Positions 18,662-26,715 of a stretch of 64,000 nucleotides of DNA are shown piece by piece. The notes under the pieces were generated by a model, which saw nothing but the letters and a program-made list of their open reading frames with translations, was not told the DNA's origin and ran no database searches. Positions within the stretch are counted from its first letter, which is position 1, and the number at the start of each line of letters is the position of its first letter. Made by a program: the position numbers and the translations under genes. The DNA comes from Candidatus Omnitrophota bacterium (GTDB lineage: Bacteria; Omnitrophota; Gorgyraeia; Gygaellales; Profunditerraquicolaceae), in NCBI GenBank assembly GCA_028716705.1, contig JAQUPI010000004.1, positions 656 through 64,655 of the forward strand, given 5' to 3'.

Positions 18662-20131
18662 TTATCCTTTAATAACCGCTAACGGTCGCATACGGCAGAC
18701 GCGCTTGGCTATGCCGGCGTTATGTACCACATTTACGACTTCATTTACGTCTTTATACGCCTCCGGAGCCTCTTCCACTACTGTCCCCCTGCCGGATGCC
18801 CTTATCATTATACCTTTGGATTCCAATTCTTTCAATAACACATTGAAATTAACCGATCTTAGCGCGGCAGAGCGGGATTTCAGCCTACCCGCGCCATGGC
18901 AGGTCGAACCAAAGGTCTCTTCCATCGCCTTTTGGGTACCCGCGAGCAAATAAGAATTCCTCCCCATGTCTCCGGGTATGATCACCGGCTGGCCGATCTT
19001 CTTATACCTTTCGGGCAAAGCCGGATGGCCCGGACCGAAGGCGCGCGTCGCTCCCTTCCGGTGAACGCATAGGACCCTTTCCTTACCATCAATAATATGT
19101 TTTTCTATCTTAGCGATGTTATGCGCGACATCATAGATCAAAAACATACCTAAGTCCTGCCAGGATTTAAAGAAGACCTTCTCGAAAGCCTTACGCGCGA
19201 GATGCATCAGGCATTGGCGGTTGTTCCATGCGTAGTTCGCCGCGCATCTCATTGCTCCCAGATATTGTTTAGCCTCTGGAGAATTCACCGGCGCGCAGGC
19301 CAGCTGCCGGTCCGGGACGCTGATATTGTATTTTTGGAGGCAATGGATCATGTTCTTAACGTAATCATCGCATATCTGGTAGCCGAAACCGCGGGAACCG
19401 GAATGGATCATTAAAACCACCTGGCCCAGGTCCAGGCCCAACTCATCGCAGTCCTGGCGGCCATAAAGCTGGTCGATAACCTGTATCTCAAGGAAATGGT
19501 TCCCTGAGCCCAGCGTGCCGGACTGCGCTTTCCCCCTTTCATACGCCCGCTCGGAAACGGCTTCGGGATCAGCGCCTTTTATCGCCCCGTTTTCTTCCGT
19601 GCATTCAAGGTCCTCTTCGGTTCCGTAGCCTTTGCTTACCGCCCATCCGGAACCTTTTATAAGGATGCCCCTTTCTTCTTTCGATGTTACTCTTATCTCT
19701 CCTTTTGAGCCGACGCCTGATGGCACATCGGAAAATAACCTGTTCGCCAGCTCCTCTATTTTTTTACCCTTGATCTCTTCGTATTGAAGATTGGTCCTTA
19801 CAAGCCTGACACCGCAATTTATATCGAAGCCCACGCCGCCTGGAGATACAACGCCTCCATTTTCTATATCCGTGGCTGCCACGCCCCCGATAGGGAAGCC
19901 ATAACCCCAGTGTATGTCAGGCATCGCCAGAGAAGCGTTTACTATCCCCGGCAGGAACGCTACGTTTGCCACCTGCTCCGCTGCCTTATCATGGCGGATA
20001 TCCTTAAGTAATTTTTCATCCGCGTAGATTATACCCGGAACACGCATCCCGGGCTTATATGATTTAGGGATCCGCCAGCGGTAATCGTCAATTTTCTCTA
20101 ATGAGCCTTCCCAGAGTTCTGCCATGGTCAC
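18662..20131 (-). CDS. rtcB: RNA-splicing ligase RtcB
   Basis: 489 aa with conserved RtcB blocks (GVVSPGGVGFDINCGVR, HSGSRGFG, ...). Confidence 0.9.
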   Translation of the reverse strand: MTMAELWEGSLEKIDDYRWRIPKSYKPGMRVPGIIYADEKLLKDIRHDKAAEQVANVAFLPGIVNASLAMPDIHWGYGFPIGGVAATDIENGGVVSPGGVGFDINCGVRLVRTNLQYEEIKGKKIEELANRLFSDVPSGVGSKGEIRVTSKEERGILIKGSGWAVSKGYGTEEDLECTEENGAIKGADPEAVSERAYERGKAQSGTLGSGNHFLEIQVIDQLYGRQDCDELGLDLGQVVLMIHSGSRGFGYQICDDYVKNMIHCLQKYNISVPDRQLACAPVNSPEAKQYLGAMRCAANYAWNNRQCLMHLARKAFEKVFFKSWQDLGMFLIYDVAHNIAKIEKHIIDGKERVLCVHRKGATRAFGPGHPALPERYKKIGQPVIIPGDMGRNSYLLAGTQKAMEETFGSTCHGAGRLKSRSAALRSVNFNVLLKELESKGIMIRASGRGTVVEEAPEAYKDVNEVVNVVHNAGIAKRVCRMRPLAVIKG

Positions 20132-20143
20132 AGTAAGAAAAGT

Positions 20144-20563
20144 TTATACGTCAAAAATTATTTGCGCCTGCCAGCCTGACCCGGTTTTTTCAATCTTTAA
20201 TTCGTGGTATGTTACCGCTTTAATTTCGGTTTTTATCTCGCAATCTTCGGTATTTATACCCGATGCCTCGGCTTGCAGGCTATTCTTATCCATCTGTTTT
20301 ATTTCGAACCCGTAAAAGATCAATTCTTTAGCGTAAGAGAAAGAAAGCAGTTCGCTTAGCCATGCGACAAGAAGTTCTTCCGAATTATCCGCTTTTAAAT
20401 CAACGTTTGTTTTTGTAATTTGCTTGCCCTGAACGGAAACGGGGGGTTCAGCGATAATGTCGAACATCGCCTCCGCAGCATTCAGAAAAAGCCCCTTTAA
20501 ATCTCGCCCTTTCACCCGGATGCCTATATCTGCGGTGTGATCGATGAATTCGTAGTTTTTCAA
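20144..20563 (-). CDS. archease (RtcB activator)
   Basis: 139 aa beginning MKNYEFIDHTADIGIRVKG, the canonical archease N-terminus. Directly upstream of rtcB. Confidence 0.85.
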   Translation of the reverse strand: MKNYEFIDHTADIGIRVKGRDLKGLFLNAAEAMFDIIAEPPVSVQGKQITKTNVDLKADNSEELLVAWLSELLSFSYAKELIFYGFEIKQMDKNSLQAEASGINTEDCEIKTEIKAVTYHELKIEKTGSGWQAQIIFDV

Positions 20564-20574
20564 GGAAGGATTAG

Positions 20575-20647
20575 TGGGCCATGATGGAGTCGAACCATCG
20601 ACCTTGACATTAAGAGTGTCCTGCTCTACCGATTGAGCTAATGGCCC
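20575..20647 (-). tRNA. tRNA-Lys (anticodon CTT)
   Basis: 73-nt cloverleaf. GGGCCAT/ATGGCCC acceptor, anticodon loop CTCTTAA, T-arm GGTTCGACTCC, CCA not encoded. Confidence 0.8.
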
Positions 20648-20718
20648 TTCTAGTTTAGGTAATAATTATACCATAAAAATATATTTTTCAATTTCGAATT
20701 TATTGCGGCTCTGTAATA

Positions 20719-20792
20719 TGCGCCCAGCAGGAGTTGAACCTGCAACGTCCAGCTCCGAAGGCTAGCGCTCTATCCAGTTGAGCTATGGGCGC
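20719..20792 (-). tRNA. tRNA-Arg (anticodon TCG)
   Basis: 74-nt cloverleaf. GCGCCCA/TGGGCGC acceptor, D-arm AGCTCAACTGGATAGAGC, anticodon loop CTTCGGA, T-arm GGTTCAACTCC. Confidence 0.8.
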
Positions 20793-20981
20793 GATAATTA
20801 TCAAATCTATCCTCCCGTCATCTATGCGCTCACGTATCTCTACGTGAATCCGTTCGCAGCTGATGGGATTAATTCGCACAATAACTTACTCACACTATCG
20901 TGTTCGTAAGTTATGTGCTCATTAAAGTTGAGCTATGGGCGCGATAATTATTTCTACGTGAATCCGTTCGCAGCTGATGGG
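20776..20981. repeat. local duplication: a 26-nt segment spanning the tRNA-Arg 5-prime end plus flank, and a 29-nt segment, each present twice
   Basis: AGTTGAGCTATGGGCGCGATAATTAT at 20776..20801 and 20926..20951. TCTACGTGAATCCGTTCGCAGCTGATGGG at 20839..20867 and 20953..20981. Confidence 0.7.
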
Positions 20982-20996
20982 CGCGATGAAAGCGGT

Positions 20997-21716
20997 TCAT
21001 ATTGTCTCGCAATTTTCTCCAAGGAGTTTCCTGAATTTCTCCAGTTTCTTTTTATCTACAGCCAGGACGCCTATTTCGGCGGTTGTCCGCACCGGAGAAT
21101 TCAGTTGTATCTTGTCCGGGCCTATCTTGCCGGCGATATCTTTTAACTTCTTCATGTGCGGCAGGTCGTCATTTATCCCCTTTACCAGCATCACTTCCAG
21201 CCAGATCCTGCCCTTAAATTCTTTCCTTAACTCTATCAAGCCGTTTATAATGTTTTCGATTTTTATTCCCGGCGCAGGGCGGTCGATCCGCTCGAATTTT
21301 CCGGAAACCACCGCGTCGAGAGAAGGAACGATCAAATCGGCGTTCAGCAAGTCCCTGCGCACGGAAGGCTCCGCCAGCAAAGAAGCGTTAGTAATGACCG
21401 CTATAGGGGCGGAAGTGATCTTTTTTATTTCTTCGATCAGGCCGCCTAATTTAATATTCAATGTAGGTTCTCCGCAGCCAGAGAAAGTGATGTAATCCAA
21501 ATCTTTCGCTTCTTTCGGGTTATTCTGCAGCCAGAGTTTTAATTCCTCCGCTATCTCTTCCGTACGGATATATTCTCTCCTCTGTGAAGTTGTGCCGGAG
21601 CCGGCGCCCAATTGGCAATAAACACAGTTGAAGCTGCATACCTTATAAGGTGTCAGCGTTATCCCCAAAGATAGCCCCAGCCTCCTCGATTTAACCGGAC
21701 CGTATATATATTTCAT
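20997..21716 (-). CDS. radical SAM domain protein
   Basis: CSFNCVYC (CxxxCxxC) near the N-terminus after YGPVKSRRLGLSLGI. Glycine-rich SAM-binding segment FSGCGEPTL. Confidence 0.7.
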   Translation of the reverse strand: MKYIYGPVKSRRLGLSLGITLTPYKVCSFNCVYCQLGAGSGTTSQRREYIRTEEIAEELKLWLQNNPKEAKDLDYITFSGCGEPTLNIKLGGLIEEIKKITSAPIAVITNASLLAEPSVRRDLLNADLIVPSLDAVVSGKFERIDRPAPGIKIENIINGLIELRKEFKGRIWLEVMLVKGINDDLPHMKKLKDIAGKIGPDKIQLNSPVRTTAEIGVLAVDKKKLEKFRKLLGENCETI

Positions 21717-21810
21717 GGTTTGGTGTGTCGTCTTCTACGACAAAAAAACCCACCTTCTATTTAGCGCGCCATTTTCGCGCCGTTAAATAAGGGTGGGAGT
21801 TTTGCTTTAA

Positions 21811-22086
21811 TTACTTTATTACTATAGTGCAGTTCTGGGTACCGAAGGAATTGGAGACGCAACTGCCGCAATGGGGATCGTTGATCCAGGAGCCATCGAC
21901 CAGGAATTTGTATTCGTATTTTCCGGGTTTCAGGTTGACTTTTACTTTCCAATTGCCCTTGGTATCCTTTTTCGCGGACAACATTTTTGTATCCCAATTG
22001 TTAAAGCTGCCTGCTAGATGGACCCTTTTTGCCTGCGGCGCATAAAATTTGAATTCTGTAGGCTTTGATTTTATCAATACCGCCAT
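21811..22086 (-). CDS. CBM48 / AMPK-beta glycogen-binding-domain-like small protein
   Basis: KFYAPQAKRVHLAGSFNNWD...GKYEYKFLVDGSWINDP matches the glycogen-binding / isoamylase N-terminal module. Confidence 0.55.
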   Translation of the reverse strand: MAVLIKSKPTEFKFYAPQAKRVHLAGSFNNWDTKMLSAKKDTKGNWKVKVNLKPGKYEYKFLVDGSWINDPHCGSCVSNSFGTQNCTIVIK

Positions 22087-22152
22087 GATACCCTCCTTTT
22101 TACTATAACCATTTTATACGCAACGATATAGCGCTGTCAAGAATTTTTTCAC

Positions 22153-22956
22153 TTATACCGCTACTATAGAAATCCCTTTTTTATCGGCAAGCTCAACGCT
22201 TTCCTGTTTATCTATAAAGATGGTCTTCGCCGCTTCTATAGCCAGGCATGAGCCTTTAGCCTTTATGAGGGTTTTAACCGTGTTTAAGCCCACTACAGGG
22301 ATGTCAAATCGTAAATCCTGCTTTGGCTTGCTTACCTTGACCACAGCAAAACCGCCTCTTGCCAGCTTTCCCGCGCGGCGGATAAGGTTATCCGTCCCTT
22401 CGAAAGCCTCTACAGCTACTATCGCCTTATGCTTAACCGCTACGGCCTGGCCTATGTCTAAAAAGGCGACCGCTTTCGCCAATTGCAGGCCAAAATACAC
22501 ATTTTCCCATTGGCGGAAATCCGGGTTATTTTTGGTAAGAACGCCTTTTTCGGGCAAAAGCTCCTTGATAAAAGTCGTGGAATCGATCAATTCGAAACCT
22601 CTGGAATTCAATTTTTCAGCCATTGCCCCGAATAAGGTATCAGCCCTCTTGTCTTTAACGCTTTTAAGCAGCTCTTTTAATTCAGGGTCCTTGTTTATTT
22701 CATTGCTGAACAGCCTCCGCGGGCTTATCTGTCCGGCCATGGCTATCCTGGCGACCCCTTCGCTTTTGAATATTTCGAATAATCTTTGGAAATCGCCGAG
22801 GCTTAACCAATATATTTTATCAACATATTTTCTCAGGCGGGATGAGGTGTCGCCTTTGAGCGCAACCGCTATAACGCAGCAACCTTGTTTCTTCGCCGCA
22901 TCCGCGAATAAAATAGGGAATTTTCTGTTGCCGGCGATCAGGCCGATCTTTTCCAT
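22153..22956 (-). CDS. lpxI: UDP-2,3-diacylglucosamine hydrolase LpxI (DUF1009 family)
   Basis: N-terminus MEKIGLIAGNRKFPILFA is typical of LpxI. It sits in an lpx cluster that lacks lpxH. Confidence 0.7.
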   Translation of the reverse strand: MEKIGLIAGNRKFPILFADAAKKQGCCVIAVALKGDTSSRLRKYVDKIYWLSLGDFQRLFEIFKSEGVARIAMAGQISPRRLFSNEINKDPELKELLKSVKDKRADTLFGAMAEKLNSRGFELIDSTTFIKELLPEKGVLTKNNPDFRQWENVYFGLQLAKAVAFLDIGQAVAVKHKAIVAVEAFEGTDNLIRRAGKLARGGFAVVKVSKPKQDLRFDIPVVGLNTVKTLIKAKGSCLAIEAAKTIFIDKQESVELADKKGISIVAV

Positions 22957-22975
22957 ATTATTTTCAGGGACGCCC

Positions 22976-23755
22976 TTATCTGCAGGAGCGGACCATCCCT
23001 CTTTGAGAATTATTTATAAAACCGATGAGGTAAGAGATTTCTTTCCCTGGCGGAATTTCCGACTGTAATTTTTTCAGGGCGTGTTTGGGGGTGAGGCCGG
23101 AGTTGAAAAATATCTTGAACGCGCGGTCAAGGTGCTCTATCGAATCCTTATCTACGCCGTGGCGGCGCAGGCCGACGAGGTTCAAGCCGTAAACCCGCGC
23201 CGGATGGCCGTCGCAGGTAGAAAAAGGCGGGATATCCTGCACGACTTTTGAACATCCGCCGATGATCGAAAGCGTACCGACCCTGACAAACTGGTGTATA
23301 GCGACGAGCCCGCCTACGACCGCCTTGTCTTCTATGGTTACGTGCCCGGCAAGCGTACCATTATTGGCGATAATACAATTACTGCCCACATTGCAATCAT
23401 GGGCGATATGAGAATAAGCCATGAAAAGATTATTGCTGCCGACAACCGTCTTCGCCCCTTCTCCGGTTCCCGGATTAAAAGTGCAATATTCGCGGATGAT
23501 ATTATTATCGCCGATCTCGAGATAGCTCTGTTCCCCCTTGAATTTCAAGTCTTGCGGCCTGCTTCCGATCACGGCGCCCGTGAAAATTTCGCTGCCCGCC
23601 CCTATGCTGGTATTGCCCGTAACTACACAGTGGGAATGGATCTTAACGGATTTCCCCACGATCACTCCGTCCCCGATAATAGAATAAGGGCCGACTTGTA
23701 CTTCATCGGCCAGGCTTGCCTTCTGCGAGATTATCGCTGTCTCATGAATTCGCAT
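22976..23755 (-). CDS. lpxA: acyl-ACP--UDP-N-acetylglucosamine O-acyltransferase LpxA
   Basis: Left-handed beta-helix hexapeptide repeats and an LpxA C-terminal domain. Confidence 0.9.
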   Translation of the reverse strand: MRIHETAIISQKASLADEVQVGPYSIIGDGVIVGKSVKIHSHCVVTGNTSIGAGSEIFTGAVIGSRPQDLKFKGEQSYLEIGDNNIIREYCTFNPGTGEGAKTVVGSNNLFMAYSHIAHDCNVGSNCIIANNGTLAGHVTIEDKAVVGGLVAIHQFVRVGTLSIIGGCSKVVQDIPPFSTCDGHPARVYGLNLVGLRRHGVDKDSIEHLDRAFKIFFNSGLTPKHALKKLQSEIPPGKEISYLIGFINNSQRGMVRSCR

Positions 23756-23757
23756 AT

Positions 23758-25074
23758 CTATGATTCCACCAGGGCGAACATCAGATCGGCCTCAGTTACC
23801 AATTTCCCCTCAACGAACGCCTTACCGTGCACCTGCCCTGTTCTTGCCTTGATCTTTCCCGCCTCTACCTCAAGTACAAGCTGGTCCCCCGGGACAACTG
23901 TTTTCCTGAATTTAATATTATCGGCGGATAAGAAATAAGCCAGCTTGCCGCGGTTGGCCTCAGGGGAAAGCATCATCACGCCCGCTACCTGCGCCATGGC
24001 CTCGACGATCAGAACGCCCGGCATGACAGGCTTTCCCGGGAAATGACCCTTGAAAAAATAATCGTTTATAGTCACGTTCTTTATGCCGGTGGCGCGCTTT
24101 CCGGTTTCAAGATGGAGTATCCTGTCCACGAAAAGGAACGGCTGGCGGTGCGGAAGTATCTTCATGATCGTTTCAATGTTTAATTGCCCGTCCTGGGCGG
24201 TAAGATGTCCGGCGCCGATCCCGCCTAAGGCGTATCTTTGCTTCTGCTGGTTAATTTTTCCCGCGAGCTTTAAATTAAGGGAGTGCCCGCTCTTTATGGC
24301 GATGATATGGCCTTTTACCGGCTCGCCCAACACATACAGGTCCCCGAACAAATCCAGCATTTTATGCCTGACAAATTCGTCTTGATAGCGTAATTTATTT
24401 TTTATGACACCTTTTTCTCCGACAACGAGGGTATTTTCGTAATTGGCTCCCTGGCCCATCCCCTGATACTGTAACCCCTGCGCTTCGCTCTCAAGGCAAA
24501 AGGTCCTGGATGACGCGAGCTCATCCTTGAATACTCCGTCGACGAACTTTAATTCCAGGTACTGGGCCCTAAGCAGCGGGTGGTTATAATTAAGCGTATA
24601 TGATATCTTGAATTCCTGAGAGGGTAAGGCGACGATGGCCGAGCCTTCCTCTTCCACGAATATCGCCTCTTTGATAAGATAGCTCCGCCGGTCTTTTTCC
24701 TGTTCCCTTGTGCCCGCCTTTGATAATATTTCGAGGAAATTCAGGCTGCTGCCGTCTAAACCGGGGACTTCATCGTTATCCATCTCGATAAAAATATTAT
24801 CGATGCACAGGCCGGCAAGGGCCGCCATCAGGTGTTCGATCGTATGTATCTCAACTCCGTCCCGGCCCAGAGATGTCCTACGGGGAGAATTCGACGCGGA
24901 CAGCAAGGAATCAACCGACACTTTGATTACCGGCCTTCCGGGCAGGTCTGTGCGGATAAAATTGATACCGCTTCCCTCTTCAGCCGGCTTAAAGGTGATG
25001 TTCACCTTATTTGCGGTGTGCAAACCTATGCCTTTTAAGCTGATCTCCTTCGCGATCGTCTTCTGTTTTTCCAT
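23758..25074 (-). CDS. lpxC-fabZ: bifunctional UDP-3-O-acyl-GlcNAc deacetylase LpxC / 3-hydroxyacyl-ACP dehydratase FabZ (fused)
   Basis: N-terminal LpxC domain (TIAKEISLKGIGLHTAN..., HTIEHLMAAL) fused to a C-terminal hot-dog FabZ domain (ILPHRQPFLFVDRIL...GHFPGKPVMPGVL). Confidence 0.9.
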   Translation of the reverse strand: MEKQKTIAKEISLKGIGLHTANKVNITFKPAEEGSGINFIRTDLPGRPVIKVSVDSLLSASNSPRRTSLGRDGVEIHTIEHLMAALAGLCIDNIFIEMDNDEVPGLDGSSLNFLEILSKAGTREQEKDRRSYLIKEAIFVEEEGSAIVALPSQEFKISYTLNYNHPLLRAQYLELKFVDGVFKDELASSRTFCLESEAQGLQYQGMGQGANYENTLVVGEKGVIKNKLRYQDEFVRHKMLDLFGDLYVLGEPVKGHIIAIKSGHSLNLKLAGKINQQKQRYALGGIGAGHLTAQDGQLNIETIMKILPHRQPFLFVDRILHLETGKRATGIKNVTINDYFFKGHFPGKPVMPGVLIVEAMAQVAGVMMLSPEANRGKLAYFLSADNIKFRKTVVPGDQLVLEVEAGKIKARTGQVHGKAFVEGKLVTEADLMFALVES

Positions 25075-26105
25075 TATTTGAGTTTAGCCTCCAACTCTTC
25101 TATCTTTTTCTTCAGCTCCGAAACAGTTTCATAAAGCCTCGGCAGGTTCTGCACGCACGCGTTTGCGCGCTTTGCCTGCTTCGCGGGTTTTGCCGGATAA
25201 CCCCAGACCATAGTATCGGGGGGGATCGATTTACTGACCCCCGACTGTGCCATAACTATGGAGTTGTCTCCTACGCTGATGTGGCCGACTAACCCGGCCT
25301 GGCCGGCAAGTATTACGTTGTTGCCCACGGTAGTGCTGCCCGAGATGCCGACTTGCGCCACGATTATGGAATTATTGCCGATGGACACATTATGCGCGAT
25401 CTGAACCAGGTTATCTATTTTCGTTCCGCTTCCTATCACGGTTTTATCGAAGCGCGCCCGGTCGATAGTTACATTGGCGCCTATTTCCACATCATCTCCG
25501 ATCTCCACAGTCCCTACCTGAGGGATCTTATGATGCAGGCCTTCTATGGTGGCGAAACCGAAACCGTCCGAACCTATCACCGTGCCGCTGTGGATGATAA
25601 CGCGGCTGCCGATGGTAACCTGTTCCCGTATTGAAACATTAGGGTATATTACGCAATCGCCGCCTATTTTAGAATGGTGTCCGACGAAACAACCGGAATA
25701 TATTACGCAGCCATCCCCGATAGATACGCTATCCTCAATTACCGCGTACGGGCCGATGGCCACGGAACGGCCCAGAGAAACATCCTTGCCTAATATGGCC
25801 GAGGGGTGGATACCCTGGGGGCGCCTTGACTCGGCCGGAGAAATGAAAGAAATCAGCTTGGCAAACGCGAAAGAAGGATTGTCCGTGCGGATTATGGGTT
25901 TTGGGGCCTCTTTGACTTCCCTGGAAGTTATTACGGCTGAGGCTCCCGTTTTCTCCAGAAGGGGCAAATATTTGGGGTTTGCCAAAAATGTGATATCCCC
26001 TTCACGCGCTTCCCTGATGCCGGATATTCCCGTAATGATGATATCCGGGTTACCGGATATTTCACCGTCGATAATCCCGGCTATTTCTTTCAAAGTCTTT
26101 TGCAT
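25074..26105 (-). CDS. lpxD: UDP-3-O-(3-hydroxyacyl)glucosamine N-acyltransferase LpxD
   Basis: LpxD N-terminal domain plus hexapeptide repeats, with a coiled-coil C-terminus. Confidence 0.9.
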   Translation of the reverse strand: MQKTLKEIAGIIDGEISGNPDIIITGISGIREAREGDITFLANPKYLPLLEKTGASAVITSREVKEAPKPIIRTDNPSFAFAKLISFISPAESRRPQGIHPSAILGKDVSLGRSVAIGPYAVIEDSVSIGDGCVIYSGCFVGHHSKIGGDCVIYPNVSIREQVTIGSRVIIHSGTVIGSDGFGFATIEGLHHKIPQVGTVEIGDDVEIGANVTIDRARFDKTVIGSGTKIDNLVQIAHNVSIGNNSIIVAQVGISGSTTVGNNVILAGQAGLVGHISVGDNSIVMAQSGVSKSIPPDTMVWGYPAKPAKQAKRANACVQNLPRLYETVSELKKKIEELEAKLK

Positions 26106-26155
26106 ATTATGAACGCGCTTTACCCATTGGCGCGTATTAAGAAATCGGACCCAGC

Positions 26156-26653
26156 TTACTTCTTATACTTCGCGTTCAGGATAGCGATAACCTTATCGGT
26201 TATGTCCATATTCTTGGTCTGGTAGACGAAAACCCTGTCGTTGAACACCAGGGTGTAACCTTCCTTTTCCGCGTGCTGTTTTACCGCGTCCTCGATATCC
26301 TTGAATATCTCCTTCATTTTCTCGTCCTGCTCTTTGCGCAAGTCCGTCAATTTCTGGCGCTCAAAATCCTGCAGGCCTTTTACCTTGCTTTCAAATTCCG
26401 ATTTCTTGGCGTCTTTTTCCTTTTCGCTCAATATGTTCATCTTGTCCTGCAATTGCTTCACTTCGTTGGTTTTCTTATCTATTTCCGAGCGATAGGAATT
26501 TTGCTTCTCGGTTAAGTTCTTGTCGTATTCCTTGGTTTTTCCGTATTCGCTGAAAACGCGGCTCAAATCCACATAAGCGAATTTATCGGCCGCGTAAGCG
26601 CCCATCGGGCATAAAAGAAACGCCGCTAAAAGTATTATGGCTACTTTTCTCAT
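26156..26653 (-). CDS. skp: OmpH/Skp periplasmic chaperone
   Basis: Signal peptide plus a Lys/Glu-rich coiled-coil, in the conserved position between bamA and lpxD. Confidence 0.75.
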   Translation of the reverse strand: MRKVAIILLAAFLLCPMGAYAADKFAYVDLSRVFSEYGKTKEYDKNLTEKQNSYRSEIDKKTNEVKQLQDKMNILSEKEKDAKKSEFESKVKGLQDFERQKLTDLRKEQDEKMKEIFKDIEDAVKQHAEKEGYTLVFNDRVFVYQTKNMDITDKVIAILNAKYKK

Positions 26654-26715
26654 TTTCTACTCCTCCTTTTTGAACAGACTGTAAGAAACGCGTCTGACAT
26701 GTTTAGGCTGATTCC

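Noticed and set aside
18336-18953. 205-aa plus-strand ORF
   Set aside because: It is antisense to serS and rtcB. It is a shadow ORF.
20977-21495. 172-aa plus-strand ORF
   Set aside because: It is antisense to the radical SAM gene, whose CxxxCxxC motif supports the minus-strand frame.
21761-21997. 78-aa minus-strand ORF overlapping the CBM48-like gene in another frame
   Set aside because: The overlapping 21811..22086 frame has a recognisable glycogen-binding-domain signature. This ORF is an alternative-frame artefact.
22220-23068. 282-aa plus-strand ORF
   Set aside because: It lies entirely antisense to lpxI and the start of lpxA. It has low-complexity, Ser/Leu/Pro-rich composition typical of shadow ORFs in high-coding-density DNA, and no motif.
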